Positions 9,601-18,932 of a stretch of DNA of 64,000 nt are shown one piece after another (the first letter of the stretch is position 1; each line of letters begins with the position of its first letter). A program made the position numbers and the translations under genes. The stretch is from Candidatus Cloacimonadales bacterium (GTDB lineage: Bacteria > Cloacimonadota > Cloacimonadia > Cloacimonadales > JAFGVF01), in NCBI GenBank assembly GCA_963662585.1, contig OY759729.1:928001-992000 (forward strand), in the 5' to 3' direction. The notes beneath the pieces are model-generated. The model was not told where the DNA came from. It was given only the letters and a program-made list of their open reading frames with translations, and ran no database searches.

Positions 9601-12090
9601 GAGAATAGCAATGGTGAATTTAGAAATTGGAGATTACCTGGTGCTTTAGGACCAAATGGTATGATTGCTGCTTTCTGGGATGATATGCACATGGGAAGCA
9701 ATTCAGGTATCTACTATTATTATGATAATATAGAAGATTTCTTTGTTATCCAATGGGAACAGATGATTAATGGAGCAGAAGGACATCCTGATGAAGAGAC
9801 TTTTCAGATAATTCTCTATAATCCACAAAGATATCCATCATCCCTTAATCAAGGAACTGCAAAAATTCAGTACAAAGTTTTTAATAATGTAGATAACGGA
9901 AATCCAGGAAATTACACTCCTTGGCATGGTAACTACTCAACAATTGGAATTGAATCACCTTCGGGGACTGATGGTTTAGAATACACTTATAATCAGCTTT
10001 ATCCTGCTGGAGCTCATCCTCTTGAAGATGGTATGGCTCTTTTCATAACAACCAAGCCAATACTCTTAGTTGAACCTACTATAAATGTTTCACGAATTAT
10101 AATTAATGATAGTAATAATAATGGTATCTACGAAGTCGAAGAAGAAGTTGAAGTTGGTATATCTTTAGTTAATTCTGCCTTAACTCCTTTAACTAATGTT
10201 AGTGCAACTATTGTTTCTACAGATTTCCGAGTAAGTATTCTCAATGACCATATTACTTTTGATGATCTTATTATGGGAAATGAAGTCTCTGGAAGAAATT
10301 CCTTTAAAATCAAGTTAACAGAAGAGTTGGAAAATAATGAAATTATTACCCTAAATATGGAAATTGAAGGTGAAGACGGATATCACTTCTACAAGGATAT
10401 TAACATAAAGATAAACAAAGCTTCTCTGAATGCTGGTAATTTTGTTATTAATGATTATGCGCTTACAGGTAACAATAATTATATCCCAGAAGCAGGTGAA
10501 AGTATCTACTTAGCATGGGAAATTGAGAATTCTTCTCCAGTTGATGGTTTCTTTGATAATGTTTCAATTTCAACTTCCAATCCAAATTTAACATTTATCA
10601 CAGATTCATTTAATGATATTAGAATAAAAGCTAATTCTATTCAACAGATAGTTTTCCAAGCTGAAATCTCTGCTACTGCTCCTGAGTATGAATCAATTGA
10701 AATACTGTTGACTGCTGAAAGAGATGGTGAAGTTATTTTAGAAGATAATGCTGCTGTAAATCTAAATAGCTCAGAGACAATGATAGATTTCGAAGCAGAA
10801 GATATTCCTTTAACATATAACACTCCTTGGCAAGTAGGTGTTAGTAATGCTGTAAGTTCTCATAGTGGTTCAAAACTTTTAGCAACTTCACTGAATAGTA
10901 ATTATCCTCATAATGCAGATTCTATCGTATGGACAGAATATATTAATGCAACTCCAGCAACAGTTTTATCTTTCTGGCATAGATATAATATAGAGAATAA
11001 TTATGATGGAGGTCAAATTGTTATTAACACTGAAGGAAGTAGCAACAACACAGTTTTAATTCCAGAAGGTAATTATAGTAATCAAAATGTATCTGCACTT
11101 GATGGTCCTGGCTATAGTGCTGATTTAAACCAATGGACTCAAGTTACTGTTAATATCCCACAATCTTATCAAGGGCAATCAATTAGATTTGGTTTTAGAT
11201 TTGCATCTGATATATCAGTAAGTGGCTCTGGTTGGTTTATCGATGACATATCGATAGGTGGTTCTATTCAAGAGAGCTTTGTATTCACTGGCCAAGTTAC
11301 TTTAGTTGGTGCTACTGATGATGTAGCCTCAGTTGATATTTCTATCTCAGACTACATGCTTAACCCTAAAAGTAATGGTGAATATATTTCCATATTACCA
11401 TTAGCTAATTATGATGTTTTATATTCTCTTAATAGTTTCAGAAATGATGATTTAAGAATATCTGGAGTTAGTTCCAATACTATGTTAACTAATGATGTAT
11501 CCCTCAACTATCTCAATAGTCCAGAGAACTTAAGTTACACTCTCCAAGATTCAATCCTAACCTTAACTTGGGATTATGAAGAAGACCTTGATGATGAATT
11601 AACTCAATTCATGGTAGAGAAAAGGTTTAATACTGGAGAATGGGAAGTAGTTGCACAGGTAACAGATATTGGATATTCTATTATTTTAAATAACATGGGA
11701 TTCTACTTTTACCGTGTAAGAGCTAATTACCAAGAAGATTATAGTAATTTTTCAAATATCATTGACCTTGATTACCTTGTAAGTACTGACAATGAAAATA
11801 ATAATGTTACTCTTGTTACAGCTCTTCACAGGAACTATCCAAACCCATTCAATCCTGAAACAAATATTGCTTATTCTTTAGCAAAAGCTTCCCCAGTGAG
11901 ACTTAAGATATTTAATCTTAAAGGACAACTAGTGAAAACTTTGGTAAATGAATATCAATCTGCAGGAAATCATAAAACTGTCTGGAATGGTAAAAATAAC
12001 CTGAATAAAGCTGTTGCTTCAGGAATGTACTTCATCAGAATAGAAACTGATAATTATCAAAAAACTCAAAAAGCAGTTTTAATGAAATAG
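6667..12090 (+). CDS. C25 (gingipain-family) multidomain secreted protein with FlgD-Ig/T9SS-like CTD, paralog 1
   Basis: Signal peptide, C25 propeptide, LVGD/IGRM/NLIGDP motifs, IAAFWDD domain, 'YDGG...GWFIDDISI' domain, FN3, NYPNPFNPET CTD. Confidence 0.85.
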   Translation: MKKFVLGLMVLMVSLSLFSVPEFASALNDGFRVVRENEKEVVVEFTLPEYKVEELTIEKNTYNVISTNTQAYTTEIGMPYLPIFGTGIAVPHRGKVSCEVLDSEYSDIAMNNIFPSQKEGFVYENITLEEVSYENFFPERELLAGENFILRDFRVKPLSIRPFQYNKKDKTLRVYSKITLRVSTDFTQAGENELRSSSEISQAFNSLYQATILNYHSENELTPNPNILFIYRENSDPIFHLKFEQYTKYKRQKGFNVREVSTGDIGSTTSSGIKSYIQNLYDGDEFRPDFVVLVGDVSGTFGIPTYNEYYADNAEGDYPYTHLAGNDIVGDVFIGRMSINSATDLSRFYGKMRSYERISNPIEEPYLDNMLLVGDTDPSGESTVNHCKFVKQVSSRINPNYNYTEIYGSNPNASDMNTAINNGVDLFVYRGYIGMSGWSPSSLQNNIHKLNHGVIITCATGNFASTGTTESYVNLGSEVSPQGGITAIGMATASTHTSFNNSLSGGIFHGIYNIGQRTMGEALLTGKVTTYIVYSASDLPDVKKFTHWCNLIGDPTVDVYTGEPDSFTIETSDYFADSDNLTIIVKNQDNNPVNFASVTLTNQSGEISKTVTNSEGIANLSLTNGDVEYDITVNKPNYFPHQETLPISGDEDFRVTSLIVDDDNEGESIGNNNQNIEAGETIELNFMINSLIDYEINDMQATLSVNNFQVDILEGNSEISLLTASGSSLFDNNFVLHINNNILNDTDIAFILDLSYGDNESKRLIQTAKVHNGQLLLTNTNIVMLGNSLEANQTATISATVENTSELTIENAYAQLVINNGHFNILTEDILISDLASNQSQTLDFQINSDIDMFPGMTADCILKFDNEVNFYQELKFNAKFGNSDNSSPLGPDMFGYVIYDSNDLDYPDCPVYDWIEIAPNNGGSGILLDIDDQEATGEGDGVGSNSTETINLPFQFIFYGESYNQVTVCSNGFISFGENSNGEFRNWRLPGALGPNGMIAAFWDDMHMGSNSGIYYYYDNIEDFFVIQWEQMINGAEGHPDEETFQIILYNPQRYPSSLNQGTAKIQYKVFNNVDNGNPGNYTPWHGNYSTIGIESPSGTDGLEYTYNQLYPAGAHPLEDGMALFITTKPILLVEPTINVSRIIINDSNNNGIYEVEEEVEVGISLVNSALTPLTNVSATIVSTDFRVSILNDHITFDDLIMGNEVSGRNSFKIKLTEELENNEIITLNMEIEGEDGYHFYKDINIKINKASLNAGNFVINDYALTGNNNYIPEAGESIYLAWEIENSSPVDGFFDNVSISTSNPNLTFITDSFNDIRIKANSIQQIVFQAEISATAPEYESIEILLTAERDGEVILEDNAAVNLNSSETMIDFEAEDIPLTYNTPWQVGVSNAVSSHSGSKLLATSLNSNYPHNADSIVWTEYINATPATVLSFWHRYNIENNYDGGQIVINTEGSSNNTVLIPEGNYSNQNVSALDGPGYSADLNQWTQVTVNIPQSYQGQSIRFGFRFASDISVSGSGWFIDDISIGGSIQESFVFTGQVTLVGATDDVASVDISISDYMLNPKSNGEYISILPLANYDVLYSLNSFRNDDLRISGVSSNTMLTNDVSLNYLNSPENLSYTLQDSILTLTWDYEEDLDDELTQFMVEKRFNTGEWEVVAQVTDIGYSIILNNMGFYFYRVRANYQEDYSNFSNIIDLDYLVSTDNENNNVTLVTALHRNYPNPFNPETNIAYSLAKASPVRLKIFNLKGQLVKTLVNEYQSAGNHKTVWNGKNNLNKAVASGMYFIRIETDNYQKTQKAVLMK

Positions 12091-12107
12091 AAAACTGGAA
12101 GAACCCA

Positions 12108-12166
12108 CTGGAGCGCTTTCATCTTGAAGGCATCTTAACCGGGAACGCTTGCATCCTTGCAGGCAT
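12108..12166. repeat. Two tandem REP-like units (CTGGGA..GC...ATC.TTG.AGGCAT family)
   Basis: Units at 12108-12133 and 12139-12166; reverse-complement copies at 24141-24168 and 61216-61243. Confidence 0.7.
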
Positions 12167-12186
12167 ATCCATAAATAAAAATATAT

Positions 12187-12213
12187 AAGCCTCGCTAAAT
12201 GCGGGGCTTTTTT
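12187..12213 (+). terminator. Intrinsic terminator
   Basis: aagcctcgc-taaat-gcggggctt plus T-run. Confidence 0.8.
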
Positions 12214-12373
12214 CAAGTCAAAAGTTCTAAAATAATATTCCTTTGTGCATTTCAGATAGTTTATTTGTTAAGTAAATTACTATAATATAGCACATCATCC
12301 TTTATATTTTAACTCTCGGAATAGCATTTGCATATTGTATATATATAACAATATTAAAGAATGGTGGTGATTT

Positions 12374-15300
12374 ATGCGAGGATTTTTGTTAGGTTTATTG
12401 ATACTTATGTTTTCTGTTGGTCTGTATTCACTTGAGGAAACAAGAGGTGTCATCAATGAAGGTTTTAAGGTAATTAGTGAAAATGAGACAGAAGTAATTA
12501 TAGAATTTGCTTTACCCGACTATCAGATTGAAAAGTTAAAAACAGATAAGGCAACTTATAACATTATTACTACTAACACTCAAACCTACACTACAGAGGT
12601 GGGAATGCCCTACTTACCCATCTTCGGTACAGGTATTGCTGTTCCAAGAGTGGGAAAAGTAAGCTGGGAAATAATTGATTCTGACTACACTGAATTTTCA
12701 ACAGGAAATATCTTTCCTTCTCAGAAAGAAGGTTTTGTCTATGATAATATTACCCTAGAAGAGAATGAATATAATGGTTTTTTCCCTGCAAATACAACCA
12801 CTAGCGGAGATAACTTCATTCTAAGAGATTACCGTGTTAAACCACTACAAATTAAACCATTTCAGTATGATAAATCAAATAAAAAATTAAGAATCTTTAA
12901 TAAAATAACCCTCAAGATTTCTACCGATAAACATGAAGAAGGATATAATGAATTATATTCTACTTCCGAGCAATCTTCAGCTTTTGATAAAGTCTATCAA
13001 GCAACAATCCTAAACTATCACAGAAATGATAATTTTACTCCTAATACTAATATCCTCTTTATTCATAGAGATAATGGTGACCCTATTTTTCAATTGAAAT
13101 TAGACCAATATATCAAGTATAAACAACAGAAAGGATTTAATGTTCTAAGTGTTTCCACTAGTGATATTGGTTCAACTACTGCCTCAGGAATTAAAAATTA
13201 TATTCAAAATCTCTATAATGGAGATACTTTTAAACTAGATTATGTTGTTCTCGTGGGGGATGTTACTGGTTCATTTGGCATTCCTACTTTTAATGAATAT
13301 TATGCTGAAAATGCTGAAGGAGATTACCCTTACACCCACCTTGCAGGTAATGATTTGGTCGGAGATATATTTATCGGGAGAATGTCTATAAACAACTCTT
13401 CAGATTTAAGTCGCTATGTGGGAAAGATTAAATCCTATGAGAGAATTAGTAATCCCGTAAATGACCCTTATTTAGATAATATGCTCTTAGTTGCAGATAC
13501 TGATCCATCTGGAGAATCTACTGTAAATCATTGCAAGTTTGTTAAGCAAATTAGCCAGAGAGTAAATCCTGATAATAACTATTACGAGCTTTATGCCAAT
13601 GAGCCTAATGCCAATGAAATGAATTCAGCAATTAATGACGGTGTGGGATTTTTTATTTATCGTGGGATTTATGGAATGAGTGGCTGGAATGCAGGAAATG
13701 GACAATCAAACAACCATAAGTTAAATCATGCTTGTATGATAACTTGTGGAACAGGTGATTTTGCTGCTAATGCTACAACAGAAGACTTCGTTAATCAGGG
13801 ATCTGAAACTTCTCCTAAAGGTGGAATCACTGCAATTGGTATGGCAACAACCTCAACACATACTTCATACAACAATAGTCTTTCTGGTGGAATCTTCCAT
13901 GGGATATATAACATTGGACAAAGAACTATGGGGCAGGCACTTCTAACTGGTAAAATCACTAATTACATAATTTATAGTGAGTCAGCAATGAGTGATGTTA
14001 AAAAGTTTACTCACTGGTGTAATTTAATCGGAGACCCTACTGTTGATGTCTATGTCGGTGAAGCTAATAAATTTATAGTAGAAAGGTCTGACTTTTTGCC
14101 AGACACTGAAGAATTAACTGTATTGGTTGAAGATTCTAATTACTATCCTGTCGGGAATGCTTCTGTTACCTTGTCAATGCAGGATGGATCTATATATAAA
14201 GCTATAACAAATGATAATGGTTTAGCTATTATTCAAATAGAAAGCGGAAATATACAAAGCACTTTAACAGTCAACAAGGATGATTTTTTCCCTTACCAAA
14301 ATAGCATCACTAGCGAGAATAATGGTGATATGAGAATTACTGACCTCTTTATAGATGATGATACAGGTGGTTCTTCTTCCGGAAATAGTAATCAGAACAT
14401 TGAAGCTGGTGAAACTATTGAATTAAATTTCGTTATTAACAACCTAAGAGATTATGAGCTGAATAACATTCAAGCTACTTTATCTATTAATGATTTAGAT
14501 ATTGAGATTTTAGAAGCTAACCGTGAAATATCGTCTCTAGCTGCTAACAGTTCTTCAATGTTCAATGAGAATTTCCTAATCCACATTAATAACAACATTT
14601 TAAACAACACTAATATTGCCTTCATATTAGATATTAACTATGGAAATGATTTAAATACGCATTTAATATCCTCAGCAAGAGTAGAAAATGGTGAGCTAAT
14701 AATTACCGACACTGAATTAAGTTTTGTCGGAGAGTATTTACAGGCGAATACAGATAACCACATCTATGTTAGTGTAAAAAACCTGTCACAAATTCAAGTA
14801 GAAAATACTACTGCTAATCTTTTCATCAATAATGGCCATTTCACTATTAACACTCAGGATATTCTTATTGAGGAACTACTCTGGAATCAGACAGAAGATC
14901 TCCATTTCGTGATCAGCTCTGAGATAGATATGTATCCAGGAGCCACTTTTACTAGTATCTTAAAATTTGATAATGGAGAGAACTTCTATCAAGAACTAGA
15001 TTTTGATATTCAATTTGGCACACCATCAGTAAATTCACCTCTAGGACCAGACAAATTTGGTTATGTTATTTATGATATTAATGATGATAATGCTCCTGGG
15101 CAAATTGCTTATCAATGGATCGAAATAGCTCCAAATAACGGAGGATTAGGATCACTTCTAGATATTTATGACCCTGAATCTTTCGGAGAAGGAGATGGGG
15201 TTGGTTCTAACTCAACTGAAACAATAGACCTTCCTTTCCAATTCTCTTTCTACGGAGAGAGTTTTAGCCAGATAACGGTTTGCTCAAACGGTTTTATCTC

Positions 15301-17797
15301 TTTTGGAGAGAATAGTAACGGGGAGTTTAGAAACTGGAGATTACCTGGTGCTTTAGGACCAAATGGTATGATTGCAGCATTTTGGGATGATATGCACATG
15401 GATTCTAATTCTGGTATTTATTCCTATTATGATAATGATGAAGATTATTTAGTAATTCAGTGGGAGCAAATGATTAATGGTGCTCCAGGACATCCTGATG
15501 AAGAAACTTTCCAGATTATCCTCTATGATCCTCAAAGATACCCTTCTTCACTCAATCAAGGTAATGCTAAAATTCAATATAAAGTATTTAACAATGTAGA
15601 TACTGGCAATGAAGGTGGCTTTACACCTTGGCATGGTAATTATGCATCAATAGGAATAGAATCTCCTTCTGGAATGGATGGTTTAGAGTATACTTTTAAT
15701 AATAATTACTCGCCTCAAGCCAGTATTCTTGAAAGTAATAGAGCTCTTTATATTACCACAAAACCAACTATTCCTCTAGAAGCAAATATTAGTATTGCAG
15801 AAATAAGAACTTTTGACGAGAATAATAATGGTATCTTCGAAGTAGGTGAAGGTATTAAATTGGCTGTTTCTTTAAGTAACTCTGCTATCAATCCCCTCAC
15901 CAACCCTCACGCAAGAATTACTTCTACAAATCCTAGCATTCAGATTATTAATGATAATTCTATTTACGATGATATTATTTATCACGAGTTTTCTTATGGA
16001 AGAAACTATTTTAAATTTAAACTTTTAGAAGAAGTTGAACCAGGAGCTTATATAAACTTTGATTTGAATATTTACGGAGATGATGATTATCATGTCATTA
16101 AGAAAATTAATATCGAAGTTATTAAGCCTTCTTGTAGTTTAAAGAGTTCCTTTATAAATGACTTCTCAACAACAGGTAATAACAACTATATTATGGAGCC
16201 TGGAGAGAGAATACAACTAGCTTGGGAAATTGAGAATACTTCCTCCGTTGATGATTTCTTTGATACTGTGTCTATAGAGACCACAAGTCCATACTTAACT
16301 TTGATTACCGACACAATGACTGATATAAAAGTTAAAGCAAACTCAACTTGGCAAGGAGTTTTTATTGCTGATGTTTCACCAACTGCACCTGTAAATGAAT
16401 TCTTACCTCTTACTGTAAAAGCCACTAAGAATGGAGAAATTGATTTGCAAAGGACAAGTTCTATTGGCTTAAATTCGCAAAGCACTACCATAGATTTTGA
16501 AACTGAGAATACTTTGCTAAACTATACCGAGCCTTGGGAAATTGGTACAAGTACATATTGTTCAGCGCATAATGGTACAAATATCTTAGCAACAACCTTA
16601 AATGCTGCATACCCAAGTAATGTAAGTTCAACAGTTTGGACAGAGTATTCTACTGCTGCAAATGATCTAATTCTGAAATTTTGGCATAGATATGATACTG
16701 AACAAATTTATGATGGTGGTCATGTGATTATGAATATCGAAGGTACAAGTAATACAATATTGTTAGTGCCTGAAAACAACTATCCTGTTGCAAATGTTTT
16801 TGCTTTAGGCGCTCCTGGTTATAGTGGATTATTGAATGATTGGACTCCTGTTACATTTTCAGTACCGGAAGCATATTTTGGCCGTTCAGTTAGATTCGGC
16901 TTTAGGTTTGCTTCAGACTCAATGGTAAACAACCACGGTTGGTTCATTGATGATATTTCAATCGGTGGCACAATTCAAGAGAATTTCATTTTTTCGGGTA
17001 GTGTAGAGCTTATAGATAGCGAAGACACTGCTTCTGCTGTTGATATAACTTTAGCTAATTATGCGCTAAATCCCAATATAGATGGCGATTACTTAGCGCT
17101 GTTACCTATGAGTGATTACGAAGTATCTTATAATCTTTTAGGCCATAGAGCAGATAATTACCAATTAACAAACCCTAACTCTAATTCTCTTATTTCTTAT
17201 GATGTCTCTTTAAATTATCTTAAGCAACCTGAGAATTTAAGTTACTCTCTGCAAGACTCTACTCTAGTTTTAAACTGGGATTATCAAGAAGATAGTGATG
17301 ACCAACTAACTAATTTTATTTTAGAGAGAAAGTTCAATACTGGAGACTGGGAAGAAATGGCTCAATTCACAGATTATCAATACTCTTGCCTACTGAATAA
17401 AATCGGTTTTTATTCTTATAGACTAAAAGCTCTATATCAAAGCGACTACAGTAATTCTTCTAATATTATCGGCTTTGATTATCTCTCAGGTACAGACAAT
17501 GAAGATAATGATGTTGCTTTATTAACAAGCTTACAAGCTAACTATCCAAATCCTTTTAATCCTGAAACAAATATTGCTTATACTTTAGCAAAGGCTTCTC
17601 CTGTCAGACTTAATATCTTTAATATTAAAGGGCAACTTGTGAAGACTTTAGTTAATGAATATCAAAACTTTGGAAGTCATAAAACTGTATGGAATGGTAA
17701 AAATAATCAAAATAAATCAGTTGCTTCTGGAATATATCTAATCAGAATTGAAACTGATGACTATCAAAAAGTTCAAAAAGCTATCTTAATGAAATAA
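12374..17797 (+). CDS. C25 (gingipain-family) multidomain secreted protein with CTD, paralog 2
   Basis: Same length (1807 aa) and collinear with 6667..12090. Confidence 0.85.
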   Translation: MRGFLLGLLILMFSVGLYSLEETRGVINEGFKVISENETEVIIEFALPDYQIEKLKTDKATYNIITTNTQTYTTEVGMPYLPIFGTGIAVPRVGKVSWEIIDSDYTEFSTGNIFPSQKEGFVYDNITLEENEYNGFFPANTTTSGDNFILRDYRVKPLQIKPFQYDKSNKKLRIFNKITLKISTDKHEEGYNELYSTSEQSSAFDKVYQATILNYHRNDNFTPNTNILFIHRDNGDPIFQLKLDQYIKYKQQKGFNVLSVSTSDIGSTTASGIKNYIQNLYNGDTFKLDYVVLVGDVTGSFGIPTFNEYYAENAEGDYPYTHLAGNDLVGDIFIGRMSINNSSDLSRYVGKIKSYERISNPVNDPYLDNMLLVADTDPSGESTVNHCKFVKQISQRVNPDNNYYELYANEPNANEMNSAINDGVGFFIYRGIYGMSGWNAGNGQSNNHKLNHACMITCGTGDFAANATTEDFVNQGSETSPKGGITAIGMATTSTHTSYNNSLSGGIFHGIYNIGQRTMGQALLTGKITNYIIYSESAMSDVKKFTHWCNLIGDPTVDVYVGEANKFIVERSDFLPDTEELTVLVEDSNYYPVGNASVTLSMQDGSIYKAITNDNGLAIIQIESGNIQSTLTVNKDDFFPYQNSITSENNGDMRITDLFIDDDTGGSSSGNSNQNIEAGETIELNFVINNLRDYELNNIQATLSINDLDIEILEANREISSLAANSSSMFNENFLIHINNNILNNTNIAFILDINYGNDLNTHLISSARVENGELIITDTELSFVGEYLQANTDNHIYVSVKNLSQIQVENTTANLFINNGHFTINTQDILIEELLWNQTEDLHFVISSEIDMYPGATFTSILKFDNGENFYQELDFDIQFGTPSVNSPLGPDKFGYVIYDINDDNAPGQIAYQWIEIAPNNGGLGSLLDIYDPESFGEGDGVGSNSTETIDLPFQFSFYGESFSQITVCSNGFISFGENSNGEFRNWRLPGALGPNGMIAAFWDDMHMDSNSGIYSYYDNDEDYLVIQWEQMINGAPGHPDEETFQIILYDPQRYPSSLNQGNAKIQYKVFNNVDTGNEGGFTPWHGNYASIGIESPSGMDGLEYTFNNNYSPQASILESNRALYITTKPTIPLEANISIAEIRTFDENNNGIFEVGEGIKLAVSLSNSAINPLTNPHARITSTNPSIQIINDNSIYDDIIYHEFSYGRNYFKFKLLEEVEPGAYINFDLNIYGDDDYHVIKKINIEVIKPSCSLKSSFINDFSTTGNNNYIMEPGERIQLAWEIENTSSVDDFFDTVSIETTSPYLTLITDTMTDIKVKANSTWQGVFIADVSPTAPVNEFLPLTVKATKNGEIDLQRTSSIGLNSQSTTIDFETENTLLNYTEPWEIGTSTYCSAHNGTNILATTLNAAYPSNVSSTVWTEYSTAANDLILKFWHRYDTEQIYDGGHVIMNIEGTSNTILLVPENNYPVANVFALGAPGYSGLLNDWTPVTFSVPEAYFGRSVRFGFRFASDSMVNNHGWFIDDISIGGTIQENFIFSGSVELIDSEDTASAVDITLANYALNPNIDGDYLALLPMSDYEVSYNLLGHRADNYQLTNPNSNSLISYDVSLNYLKQPENLSYSLQDSTLVLNWDYQEDSDDQLTNFILERKFNTGDWEEMAQFTDYQYSCLLNKIGFYSYRLKALYQSDYSNSSNIIGFDYLSGTDNEDNDVALLTSLQANYPNPFNPETNIAYTLAKASPVRLNIFNIKGQLVKTLVNEYQNFGSHKTVWNGKNNQNKSVASGIYLIRIETDDYQKVQKAILMK

Positions 17798-17813
17798 ACA
17801 AAATTAGAATTTT

Positions 17814-17854
17814 AAGGTTCAGATTTAATGAAATATTCTGTCTGAACCTTTTTT
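17814..17854 (+). terminator. Intrinsic terminator
   Basis: aaggttcaga...tctgaacctt plus T-run. Confidence 0.7.
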
Positions 17855-17936
17855 ATTCATAACTTATATTTTTTTTGTTGACATAAAAAATAGTTATCTG
17901 ATTATGTAAAATATAACCTAAAAAAGGCTTGTCATC

Positions 17937-18833
17937 ATGAAAGAAATTAGAGAGTACTTAACTGAATTAGAGAAAATTAATAACGATATTATTAGCCTAA
18001 AATTCTATCAGGCTAAAACATATCAAACACTTATCGATAGAATTATGCTTAATTGCAGGACAGAAATTCATCCTGATGTATTGATTCACCTTAACAAAAC
18101 TAAGAGAATTAATAAAATTGGTTATTGGGTTCATGATATCAAAAAGAAACTCTTCATGGGAACTAGAGAATTACTCCAATTTATGGGTAAAGATACTAAG
18201 AGAGAATCTTTTAGCGAAGAAGAGTTTTTTTCCATGATCCACAAAGATGATGTGCAAAGAATATTTGCTAGTTATTCTCAAGATGTCTTAGCTCATGAGG
18301 ATAGATCATCTGCCTACAGAATTATTACTCCACAAAGTGATTTAAAGTATGTTCTTTCCCATTTCTCTACAAAATATGATGATCAAGACAAGCCTATTCA
18401 AGTTACTGGAGTGATTTTTGAGATTCCTCAAACTGAAGCTGAGGCTATTCAACCATCCTTGGTAGAAAAAAACGAAGTAATATCTGCAAATATGGGAGTT
18501 GGATTTTGGGAATACGATCCCCAATCTGATTCTGAATATTGGTCATCAAGTCTCTATGATATTATTGAAACAACACCAAAAGATTGCCCACCCAACATCT
18601 CTTCCTTAAGGCAATTAATCATGAAAGAATCTCTAGCTAAGTCTTTAGATGCGATTACTCAAGGAAATAATAAAAATTCTGACTATGAAATTACTATAAA
18701 AATAAAAACACTTGCTGGTAATGAAAAAATACTCTTTTCCCAAGTACACCATTTAGTTGATCAAAGTGGTAAATTAGTTAAAAGATATGGGTTAATCTAT
18801 GATCTTACCAAAATAAAACAATTACTTCTATAA
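17937..18833 (+). CDS. Tandem PAS-domain protein without output domain
   Basis: Two PAS_3-like units starting 'IGYWVHDI' and 'VGFWEYDP...YWSSSLYDI', each ending in a PAC-like 'D..GK...G.I.D'. Confidence 0.75.
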   Translation: MKEIREYLTELEKINNDIISLKFYQAKTYQTLIDRIMLNCRTEIHPDVLIHLNKTKRINKIGYWVHDIKKKLFMGTRELLQFMGKDTKRESFSEEEFFSMIHKDDVQRIFASYSQDVLAHEDRSSAYRIITPQSDLKYVLSHFSTKYDDQDKPIQVTGVIFEIPQTEAEAIQPSLVEKNEVISANMGVGFWEYDPQSDSEYWSSSLYDIIETTPKDCPPNISSLRQLIMKESLAKSLDAITQGNNKNSDYEITIKIKTLAGNEKILFSQVHHLVDQSGKLVKRYGLIYDLTKIKQLLL

Positions 18834-18932
18834 TATAATTTAACATCATAAATATCTTCTAAATGAAATAAATATTGTTCGACATCTCTAATTTGTTATA
18901 ATATCCTTAGAATTAATATTTTGAGAGGTATT

